Origin: an uncultured Desulfarculus sp.
GTDB lineage: Bacteria; Desulfobacterota; Desulfarculia; Desulfarculales; Desulfarculaceae
Direction: 5' to 3'
Assembly (NCBI GenBank): GCA_963665125.2
Contig: CAXXUK010000001.1
Location: 3,168,001-3,232,000, forward strand
Length of the DNA stretch: 64,000 nt
In this document: positions 39,357 through 47,643 of the stretch, piece by piece
Position numbering within the stretch: position 1 is the stretch's first letter
Layout: every line of letters starts with the position of its first letter
Position numbers and translations under genes: made by a program
The notes under the pieces: model-generated
Database searches by the model: none
Told to the model about the DNA's origin: nothing
What the model saw: only the letters and a program-made list of their open reading frames with translations

Positions 39357-41648
39357 TTAGTAGCTTTTAATCTTAATTTTGCCCAAACAACCGCCCTCGG
39401 TGGCGTCTCCGCACTGTCCGGAGCCATGGGGCGTATTGCAAAAATGGGTTCTTTTCTTGTAGGGGTCCGTGTAATCGACAAGTTTGCCGCCGGAGAGCCA
39501 GCGGCCCAGATTGGTCTGGGGCACCCAGTCCAGAGCGATGAACTTCTGGGCGCAGTTATATTTCATGAAGCAGTCTTCATCCCCGGAGTGCTGGCCGCCC
39601 AGGCAGGCGATCCAAACCTCCTTGCCGTTCAAAGTGCGGAGGCCTTCGGTATCGCCGTGGTGGGGCAAGCCCATCTGGTGGCCGATTTCATGGGCCAAAG
39701 TACCAACGGTGTCCGAATCTGCCGTATTCAAGGCGAAATTGAACATTGAACTCGCACCCAACATTATCAACGTGTTGTGGTTCCGGCCGGGCGGGCCGAT
39801 GGTGGTGAACCCGGCCACTTGGTCTTCCATGCTCACGCCGGGGCACTGGTTCAGATCCATGACCACGATGATGTACTGGTCGCCGTTTTTGTGTTCGCCG
39901 TCATCGTAGTTGATGCAGTCGTACTTGAACTCATTGCCCGCCAGGCGCCACAGGTTGATTTCCTGTTGGCGGAAAAGGCTCCCCACCTCCCGCAGATGAG
40001 GGTTGTAGTTTCCGCTGTAATCATGAACGAAAACGTCGATGTAAACCGGCGACAGGCGGAAGTGGCGGCCTTGAGCGTAGACGCCCCTATATTCCTCAAA
40101 CACCGTCAGCCCGTCGCCCCGGTTGGGGTTGCCCATGATACTGTCGTCATCAGCATCCGGGTCGCCCGCGCCCCACTGTTTTTCCCATGTGTCTTGCAGG
40201 CCGTCGTGGTCCTTGTCCAGGGGCAGCAACAGGTGGATGCCGTCGCTGTCGGCCGTGTCTCCCTTTGCCGCGGCGGCATACCAAAGCCCGCCGACCTTGA
40301 CATAGGCCTGAAGCTTGGCCGAGGCAGCCCCGTCCATGACCCTTAGTTTGGCCGTGTAGGTGTCGCCGCTGATCTTGTCGGTCTCGATGGATTGACAGAC
40401 GGTGTATCGCAGGTTTTCGCTAACCGCGTCATCGCCCATGATGTAGTCGGAGTTGTCGGCGTCAGTAAAAAAGACATCCGGCAGGCTGTCGATGGGGCAT
40501 TCGTTGTAGTGGGTGTAGTGCCGCATCAAGGGCATGTCCGCCCCATCAACGGGGAAAAACACCTCCCAGGGCCAAGACTCGTCCTTGACGCCCAGGGTGC
40601 AGTCGGGGCACTGGTCGCCGCGCATGTGGTTGCCGCCGTTTGTGACGATGCCCTTGTGCCGGCTTGTCTCGCTGAGAACGAACTTGACCGCGTCGACTTT
40701 ATCAGGCCCCGGATCAACCAGGCGCAGCCGATACTCTCTGGTTTCGCCCGGCGTGGGTATCCACGTCTTTTCCTTGCTGTCCGCCGGCTCCAGTTCGGCC
40801 TTTATCTCCATCATGGGCGCCATGACGAAATCGTAGCGCAGGGTGAAGCTGGTGTCGGTGATCGTCTGCTCATGGAGTCCGCAACGAAAGGGCACCGTGG
40901 TCGTGCCGTTGAAGCTCAGCAACATGTCTTGCAGGGAGAACGGCTTTTCAATGGGCAGGGGGCCGTCAAGGATCCAATCCAGGACGCCCACACGGATGTT
41001 TTCGTGAGGGGTTTTGGCATTCTGGCCAAAAGATATACGGGCGCCATTGATCAAGCCTTCGGCGAAGATGTGGCAATAGGCCTGTTTTCCATCGGCCTGA
41101 CGGCTCTCCACCACAATGCTGTGGGCAACAGCGCCACTCTTGGCTTTATGCAGCACGCCACATGTTTTGTACATCCAGTCGGCGACCTCTAGGCTTGGCG
41201 TTTTTGTTTTGGGGGGTGGTGGGGGCATTGTTAGTATCTCGCTCATATGGGCGTACTTGCTGCTTACATGCTCGCCCACTGAATCGCGGCAGACTTTTTT
41301 ATGGCTCACCGTGATATTGACCGTATACGACTGGGGCACGATCTCATACTTGTCCAGCAGATCGGGATTGTAGCGGATCAAACCCTGTTTGGCCTGTGTC
41401 ATTGTCAAGATCGGCCGGATGTAAAAGCCTTTATATTCTATATGCATGCGAAGCACCGACCCGGCGTTGCCCACGGCCTCCACCCAAAAATGCCCGCCCA
41501 TGTTGTCCACGGCGATCACGGTTTCGGTGAATAAGCTCTCGGCCAATTTTTCGGCCTTTTCCCTGCCGATCCATTTGGTCTGGGCCGCGGCAGTGGTGCA
41601 GCTGAAGATCAGGATCAGGCACAGCAACTTGCAGATTTTTCCGGTCAC
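39357..41648 (-). CDS. Secreted putative metzincin-like zinc metalloprotein, paralog B
   Basis: GTG at 41648 after GGGAGA; signal peptide; DKDHDGLQDTWE Ca-binding-like motif; GDGLTVFEEYRG; HEIGHQMGLPH; downstream CFM as possible Met-turn. Confidence 0.75.
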   Translation of the reverse strand: MTGKICKLLCLILIFSCTTAAAQTKWIGREKAEKLAESLFTETVIAVDNMGGHFWVEAVGNAGSVLRMHIEYKGFYIRPILTMTQAKQGLIRYNPDLLDKYEIVPQSYTVNITVSHKKVCRDSVGEHVSSKYAHMSEILTMPPPPPKTKTPSLEVADWMYKTCGVLHKAKSGAVAHSIVVESRQADGKQAYCHIFAEGLINGARISFGQNAKTPHENIRVGVLDWILDGPLPIEKPFSLQDMLLSFNGTTTVPFRCGLHEQTITDTSFTLRYDFVMAPMMEIKAELEPADSKEKTWIPTPGETREYRLRLVDPGPDKVDAVKFVLSETSRHKGIVTNGGNHMRGDQCPDCTLGVKDESWPWEVFFPVDGADMPLMRHYTHYNECPIDSLPDVFFTDADNSDYIMGDDAVSENLRYTVCQSIETDKISGDTYTAKLRVMDGAASAKLQAYVKVGGLWYAAAAKGDTADSDGIHLLLPLDKDHDGLQDTWEKQWGAGDPDADDDSIMGNPNRGDGLTVFEEYRGVYAQGRHFRLSPVYIDVFVHDYSGNYNPHLREVGSLFRQQEINLWRLAGNEFKYDCINYDDGEHKNGDQYIIVVMDLNQCPGVSMEDQVAGFTTIGPPGRNHNTLIMLGASSMFNFALNTADSDTVGTLAHEIGHQMGLPHHGDTEGLRTLNGKEVWIACLGGQHSGDEDCFMKYNCAQKFIALDWVPQTNLGRWLSGGKLVDYTDPYKKRTHFCNTPHGSGQCGDATEGGCLGKIKIKSY
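39789..39954. repeat. 166-bp near-identical block, copy 1 (copy 2 at 42107-42272)
   Basis: Manual alignment shows 4 mismatches in 166 nt between the two paralogs. Confidence 0.85.
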
Positions 41649-41671
41649 GTTGTCTCCCGCGATGCCTCGAA

Positions 41672-44011
41672 TTAATAACTTTTTACGTTGACCTTGCCCA
41701 GGCAGTTGCCGTTGGTGGCGTTGCCGCACTGGCCCGATCCGCTGGCCGAGGTGCAGAAATGGCTGTCCGCGCCCATGGGGCTGGTGTAGCCCACCAACTC
41801 GCCGCCGGATAGCCAGCGGCCCAGATTGGTCTCGGGCACCCAGTCGAGATCGATGAACATGTCGGCGCAGTTGTATTTCATGATGCAGTCATTGTCGCCG
41901 GAGTGCTGGCCGCCCAGGCAGGCGATCCAGACCTCTTTGCCGTTTACATTGCGGCGGCCCTCGGTGTCGCCGTGGTGGGGCAGGCTCATCTGGTGGCCGA
42001 TCTCGTGGGCCAGGACTCCGGCCGAGTTCGCGCCGGTCTCGGACAGGGCGAAATCCAACAGCGAGCCGGTGCTGCCCCGCATTATCACCGTGTTATGATC
42101 CCGGGTGGGCGGGCCGATGGTGGTGAACCCGGCCACGTGGTCTTCCATGCTCACGCCGGGGCACTGGTTCAGATCCATGACCACGATGATGTACTGGTCG
42201 TCGTTTTTGTGTTCGCCGTCGTCGTAGTTTATGCAGTCGTACTTGAACTCATTGCCCGCCAGGCGCCACAGGCTTATCTCCTGCTCGCGGAACATGTTCT
42301 CCACCTGGCGCAGGTCGGAATTGTAGTTTCCCGTGTAGTCATAGGTAAACACATCGACATACACCGGCGACATGCGGTGGTGGTTGCCCTTGGCGTAGAT
42401 GCCCCGGTATTCCTCGAAAACCGTCACCCCGTCGCCCCGGTGGGGGTTGCCCATGAGGCTGTCGGCGTCGTCGTCCGGGTTGCCCACGCCCCATTGGCTT
42501 TCCCAGGTGTCTTGCAGGCCGTCGTGGTCCTTGTCCAGGGGCAGCATAAGGCTATAGCCGTCGCTGTCGGCCGTGTCGCCCTTGGCCATGGCGTCGTACC
42601 AAAGCCCGGCCACCTTGACATAGGCCCGCAGCTTGGCCGAGGCCGCGCCGTCCATGACCCGCAGCTTGACCGTGCAGGTGTCGCCGCTGATCTGGTCGGT
42701 CTCGATGGACTGGCTCATGGTGTATTGCAGGTTCTCACTGACAGCGTCATCGCCCATGGTCCAGCCGTCGTTGTCCGCATCCGTGAAATACATGTCCGGC
42801 AGGCTGTCGATGGGGCACGTATTATAGTGCGTGTAATTGCGCATCACCGGGACCTGGGCGCCGCCGCTGGGGAAGAACACCTCCCAGGGCCAGGTCTCGC
42901 TCTTGACCTTTAGGGTGCAGTCCTTGCACTCGTCGCCGCGCACGTGATTGCCGCCGTTGGTGGCCACGCCCTTGTGCTGCGAGGTGTCGCTGAGCACGAA
43001 TTTGACGGCCTCCACCTCGTCGGGGCCCGGGTCCTTGAGGGTAACCTTGTATTCCCGGATCTCGCCCGGCGTGGGCATCCAGATTTTTTCCTTGTCATCC
43101 ACCGGCTCAAGCTCGGCCTCGATCTGCTTTTGGGCGGCCATGGAAAACTTGTAGCGGATGGTGTAGCTGGTGTCGGACAAGGTCTGTTGAAAAGACTGGC
43201 AGCCGTATTCCTTGGTAGTGGTGCCGCTGAAGCTCAGGGACGGGTCCTTGAGGGAAAATTCCTTGGCAATGGGAAAATAGTCGGCCAAAACCCAGGTCAA
43301 CTTGGCCAGCCCCAGGGAGACGTGGGGCGTCTTGGGGCTCTGGCCAAAGAATACCTTGACCTTCTCCGGCCGAGAGGCAGGAACGCCCCAACTGCGGGTC
43401 AGGACGCCTTCAAATATCGCATAGGCGTCCACAAGGCAATAGGCCTCTCCGCCTTCGGCCTGTTTGCTGACCACATGGATGCCGGTTCGCACCTTGTCGC
43501 CGTGGAATTTACTGCGGTTGGAATACATCCATTGGGGTATTTCCGGGCCGATTGATTGCAGGTTGGGCGGCGGCGGAATGATGAAGTTTTCCGAAAGATG
43601 GGCCGTGATGGTGCTTACCTGGTCGCCGGTTTCATCCCTGCAATGGCGTTTTGTGCTAACGGTTATGTTAGCCGCGAACGATTTGGGAAGTATTTCGTAT
43701 ATATCCTGGTACTTGGATTGCGGGTGATAGGTGATGATGCCCTGCTTGGCCATGCTCAGGGTTAGAATGGGCCGGATGTAAAAACCGTTATAGGTCAGGT
43801 GCATCCTGATCACCGACCCGGCGTTGCCCTCGGCCACCAACCACAGGTAGCCCTTGTAGTCGTCATAAACGACAACGTGTTCGGTGCTGGCGTCGTCGAT
43901 CATCTTTTGAATATTGGCGGGCAACTTCGGTTGTTGGGCCGCCCTTGCCGGGATCAACAAAACCAACAGCATCAGGGGCACGACAAGCAACAGGGGTGTT
44001 TTGCGCGTCAC
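41672..44011 (-). CDS. Secreted putative metzincin-like zinc metalloprotein, paralog A
   Basis: GTG at 44011 after GGAGG; signal peptide; same motifs as paralog B; HEIGHQMSLPH; CIM. Confidence 0.75.
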   Translation of the reverse strand: MTRKTPLLLVVPLMLLVLLIPARAAQQPKLPANIQKMIDDASTEHVVVYDDYKGYLWLVAEGNAGSVIRMHLTYNGFYIRPILTLSMAKQGIITYHPQSKYQDIYEILPKSFAANITVSTKRHCRDETGDQVSTITAHLSENFIIPPPPNLQSIGPEIPQWMYSNRSKFHGDKVRTGIHVVSKQAEGGEAYCLVDAYAIFEGVLTRSWGVPASRPEKVKVFFGQSPKTPHVSLGLAKLTWVLADYFPIAKEFSLKDPSLSFSGTTTKEYGCQSFQQTLSDTSYTIRYKFSMAAQKQIEAELEPVDDKEKIWMPTPGEIREYKVTLKDPGPDEVEAVKFVLSDTSQHKGVATNGGNHVRGDECKDCTLKVKSETWPWEVFFPSGGAQVPVMRNYTHYNTCPIDSLPDMYFTDADNDGWTMGDDAVSENLQYTMSQSIETDQISGDTCTVKLRVMDGAASAKLRAYVKVAGLWYDAMAKGDTADSDGYSLMLPLDKDHDGLQDTWESQWGVGNPDDDADSLMGNPHRGDGVTVFEEYRGIYAKGNHHRMSPVYVDVFTYDYTGNYNSDLRQVENMFREQEISLWRLAGNEFKYDCINYDDGEHKNDDQYIIVVMDLNQCPGVSMEDHVAGFTTIGPPTRDHNTVIMRGSTGSLLDFALSETGANSAGVLAHEIGHQMSLPHHGDTEGRRNVNGKEVWIACLGGQHSGDNDCIMKYNCADMFIDLDWVPETNLGRWLSGGELVGYTSPMGADSHFCTSASGSGQCGNATNGNCLGKVNVKSY
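42107..42272. repeat. 166-bp near-identical block, copy 2
   Basis: Matches 39789-39954. Confidence 0.85.
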
Positions 44012-44164
44012 TATGGCCTCCGAAAGGCGGTGGTTTGCGGGGCGGCTAAGGATAATGGTAGCCCAATCCTGCCCGTTGAGGCAATCAACCAAGGCTAAAG
44101 CCAATGACGCAGCAAGCAAAACATTATTTCGTTTTATTTTTTCGGGAAAGCCAAGGGGGGATGT

Positions 44165-44563
44165 TCAGGCTACAAGCCATTCCAGAGCTTCATCCTCATT
44201 ATCAAAGACCTGGACCTCAAACGGTAAATCGGCCGCCAGAGACTGGTACATACGGCTGACACCGAACACCGCCTCGGTATCCACCACGATGGCTGTTTTC
44301 AATTGCCACCTTTTCAAGCCGGGATCATTGAGAGTTCGGACAAACCGGCTAAGCTTGTCGAAATCGATATCCATGGTGGATTCGACGTCTCTTATGTCCC
44401 ACACATTGTTAAGAAATCTTTTATTATCGGTCAGGAGTTCTTTTTCGAGGGCATCCCTAAGGATTTCAATGGTCAGAGGCACCCTGGCAAAACGGATGTA
44501 AACATATTTTTGCCGGTCTTCTATGTCAAAGTTGTGATCTCTCAAAACAAGCCTCTGTTGCAA
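44165..44563 (-). CDS. Small SpoIIAA-like (STAS/SEC14-like) protein
   Basis: WDIR, KTAIVV....FGVSRMYQ, VF....EA.EWL. Confidence 0.7.
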   Translation of the reverse strand: MQQRLVLRDHNFDIEDRQKYVYIRFARVPLTIEILRDALEKELLTDNKRFLNNVWDIRDVESTMDIDFDKLSRFVRTLNDPGLKRWQLKTAIVVDTEAVFGVSRMYQSLAADLPFEVQVFDNEDEALEWLVA

Positions 44564-44617
44564 TGTTGATTTTTAGTGCAACAGCTACAGCAATTAAGAA
44601 AGGCTACTACATAAATT

Positions 44618-45019
44618 CTACTCCCTTTCACCGCCGGACAGCCACTGTTCAGCTTGCCGGATATCGCTAAAAATTTCGACTTCCATGGGTAGATCAACGG
44701 CCAGGGACTTATACATCCGGGCCAAACCGTATCGAAAGTCTTCACCGACCAGAATCGCCGTCTTGCGGTGCCACTTTCCCTCCCTGACGGCTCTTGCCTG
44801 GTCCACCACCATCTTGATACCCTGGTAATTCAAGTCATCACTGTCGGCCGCCAAGCGCAGATCCCAGAGATCATCAAGATTGCGGCCCTTATCAATCCTC
44901 ATCTGTTCCTGCATCATCTCGGAAACAAGTTTTACGGTCAGCGGTGTATTTTCGGCGCATCTCACAAGTAAATAGGTCTTCCGATCCTCAATTTCAAAAG
45001 AGGCGACTTGCGTTTGCAT
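44618..45019 (-). CDS. Small SpoIIAA-like (STAS/SEC14-like) protein, paralog
   Basis: WDLR, KTAILV....YGLARMYK, IF....QA.QWL; clearly similar to the neighbouring gene. Confidence 0.7.
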   Translation of the reverse strand: MQTQVASFEIEDRKTYLLVRCAENTPLTVKLVSEMMQEQMRIDKGRNLDDLWDLRLAADSDDLNYQGIKMVVDQARAVREGKWHRKTAILVGEDFRYGLARMYKSLAVDLPMEVEIFSDIRQAEQWLSGGERE

Positions 45020-45027
45020 AACAGATC

Positions 45028-47310
45028 CTATCGAGATTTAACACAGTTGCGCCCGGCTCTCTTTGCCTCATACAAGGCCATATCCGCCCTCTTCAAGAGT
45101 TCGGCAATTGTTATATTCGTTTCATCTTGGCCCAAGGAGGCCTGACCGACGCTTACTGTGCAGTTTATCATGCCGCTACGTGTGGGGACTTCATTATCAG
45201 CCAAAGCCCTGCGCAGTCTCTCGGCAGTGGCCAAAGCCGTCTCAGGGTCGGTTTCTATCAACAGAACGCCAAACTCCTCGCCACCCAGCCTGCCGAATAT
45301 ATCCGTTTCCCGGAGGTTGGACAGGCAGGTCTTGACCAATGCCCTGAGCACCTCGTCACCGGCGTCATGGCCGAACGTATCGTTGACGGCCTTGAATCGG
45401 TCGATATCCAATAGCAGTATGCTCAGCGGCGACCCGTACCTCTTGCTTCTGGCCAGCTCCTGGGACGACAGGTCCATGAATTTGCGGCGGTTGTTGGCCC
45501 CGGTCAGAGAGTCCGTCGTGGCCAGTTCCCGGAGCTGGCGTTCCACCCGCTTTGATTCCGATATGTCCCGCACCGATGCCTGCAATATGCGCTGACCGTC
45601 AATGACCATCGGCGTCAGCCTGACGGCGGCGTAAAATTCTTCTCCGCCGGCCCTTTTGTGGACCCATTCGAACTCATGGCCGCCCTTGCGCATGGCCAAA
45701 TCCATCATCCAGCGGGCCTCGGCCGCCGAATTTTCGCCGTTGGGCTGTCTATCCGGAGACAAATCGCCGGGAAACAGGCCGATGAATTGATCTTCGCTGT
45801 CCAGTTCGAACATCCGAAGCACGGCCTGGTTGGCGCTGATATAGCCGATGTCCTCGCGTAGGAGCATGACCGCGTCGCTGGAAGACTCGAACAACGTGCG
45901 ATACCGGATTTCACGGTCCTTGAGGGCCTTTTCGGCCTCTTTGCGTTTGGAAATATCGTTCCAACTTGAATGCAGAAGGATCTTGCCCCGGTGGGAGATC
46001 CTGGTCATCAACACCTCCACCGGAACTTCCCTGCCGTCCGGGCTTTGATGAAGCCATTCGAAGCGGTGGCTGCCGCGCTTGAGAACAATGGCCAGATGAT
46101 CGAGGGCCTGATCCTTTGACGGCGTCCCGCCGGGCTGGTTTGCGGAAGACAATTCCCAGAGACGCTTGCCGACCACCTGGTGTTTGTCCTGTAGACCCAG
46201 CATTTCCACGGCGGCCTGGTTGCAATCAACAAAGCACTCGCCTTCCATCAGGAAATTGGCGGTGGGACTGTCTTGGAACAGGTTGCGGAAACGCTCTTCG
46301 TTCCAGCGGAGTTCGTCCTCCATTATCTTTCGTCTGGTAATATCACGGTAAATGGCGACTATCTCGCCGGAAGGCAGCTTATAGACGTAGTTGTCCCGCC
46401 AGCCGTTGATGCGTTCATCACTGTAAAATGCCGCCGGATACCGCATCGGTTCGCCGGTTAGCCAGACCTGCCTTAAAACCTGGGCCAAACCGAATTCATC
46501 AATGGCGGGAAACAGGTTGCTTATGCTTTGGCCCAGGACCGCTTCGCGGTGCAGGCCCTCTATGCTTTCGGCCGCGTTGTTGAATTCGGTTATTACAAAG
46601 TCCTCACCCTGCCCGACGGCCCGGCAGACGATGACGCCGGAACTCATTTGCTCGAATATGCCCAGGTAGCGCGCATTGTTGAATTCCAACTCAAACTGCA
46701 TCTGGCGCAGGCGTTTGTTGGCCGCGGTAAGCTCTTGATTACCGCTGACGGCCTTGCCGTGCTCCCGGTTGTAGCCGTGCACGACGATTGCCACGAGCAC
46801 GATGAGGATAATGGCCAGGCTGAGCAATGCGGCTAGTTCTTCTTCCACATGCAAGGCTGGGTTGCCGTAATGGCGTACAATGCCCGGAAACCGCGTCTCC
46901 ACGACAAATAGCGCAATTATCAGCAGCCCCATCAATGCCAGGGCCACGGCCTTCTGGCGGCCCGGCATGATCACTGAAATAGCAATTGAAAGAGCCAAGG
47001 CGATCTGGGGAAGCACACCGGCGAACCCGCCTCCCCAATACCAGTCGTAAAGAACCACAAAATAGCAAAGCAGGGCAAAGGGCCAATTCAGGACACGGTG
47101 TTGCCTGTAAAACCGGCCCAAGACGTAAAGGATGGCGAACGCCGCGGCCAGAGACAGGGTAAAACCATAAAAAACCATGCCCATTGACAAGGCGTATTCG
47201 GTGACCGCGTTTAACAAAGCCGCCACCGCGACGCATAGGGCCGCCGCGTTGAAAAAGCGGTGCCTTAGCGAAAAAACTTCATCGCTGCCAAGGATATGGT
47301 CAAGGATCAT
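45028..47310 (-). CDS. Membrane-anchored three-PAS diguanylate cyclase
   Basis: N-terminal TM bundle, three PAS domains, DIDRFKAVNDTFGH, RETD I-site, RLGGEEF. Confidence 0.93.
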   Translation of the reverse strand: MILDHILGSDEVFSLRHRFFNAAALCVAVAALLNAVTEYALSMGMVFYGFTLSLAAAFAILYVLGRFYRQHRVLNWPFALLCYFVVLYDWYWGGGFAGVLPQIALALSIAISVIMPGRQKAVALALMGLLIIALFVVETRFPGIVRHYGNPALHVEEELAALLSLAIILIVLVAIVVHGYNREHGKAVSGNQELTAANKRLRQMQFELEFNNARYLGIFEQMSSGVIVCRAVGQGEDFVITEFNNAAESIEGLHREAVLGQSISNLFPAIDEFGLAQVLRQVWLTGEPMRYPAAFYSDERINGWRDNYVYKLPSGEIVAIYRDITRRKIMEDELRWNEERFRNLFQDSPTANFLMEGECFVDCNQAAVEMLGLQDKHQVVGKRLWELSSANQPGGTPSKDQALDHLAIVLKRGSHRFEWLHQSPDGREVPVEVLMTRISHRGKILLHSSWNDISKRKEAEKALKDREIRYRTLFESSSDAVMLLREDIGYISANQAVLRMFELDSEDQFIGLFPGDLSPDRQPNGENSAAEARWMMDLAMRKGGHEFEWVHKRAGGEEFYAAVRLTPMVIDGQRILQASVRDISESKRVERQLRELATTDSLTGANNRRKFMDLSSQELARSKRYGSPLSILLLDIDRFKAVNDTFGHDAGDEVLRALVKTCLSNLRETDIFGRLGGEEFGVLLIETDPETALATAERLRRALADNEVPTRSGMINCTVSVGQASLGQDETNITIAELLKRADMALYEAKRAGRNCVKSR

Positions 47311-47526
47311 CAGGCCATCACTTCGCTGGTTGTGATTTGCCCTATCAATGAAGACCTATACCAGGTGCACGGCTTGTTATACCAATTGTCTTTATAGGTG
47401 TTACAACAGGAGCATAGCGCATGAGCGCTGAATTTGCATTATCATGTTGTGCCATTTATGACATGTGGTCAATCCCGTCCGGCGCCCACGGGAATGCAGC
47501 AGCAAGATGACGTATGGCGGCAACAA

Positions 47527-47554
47527 GCCTTCCGGCACGGACATGCCGGAGGGC
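47527..47554 (-). terminator. Hairpin, probable terminator of the large kinase gene
   Basis: gccttccggca-N6-tgccggagggc. Confidence 0.5.
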
Positions 47555-47643
47555 AATTGTTTGATAATAACAATCAGATCATCACGTAAGGCGCGCTGGC
47601 CGGCTCCGAACAGCGCAAACGATTCACCGTCGAAAGCGTAAGC

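Noticed and set aside
39357..44011. Diversity-generating retroelement template/variable repeat pair
   Set aside because: Both repeat copies are inside paralogous coding genes, the mismatches are not consistently adenine-specific, and no reverse transcriptase is in the window
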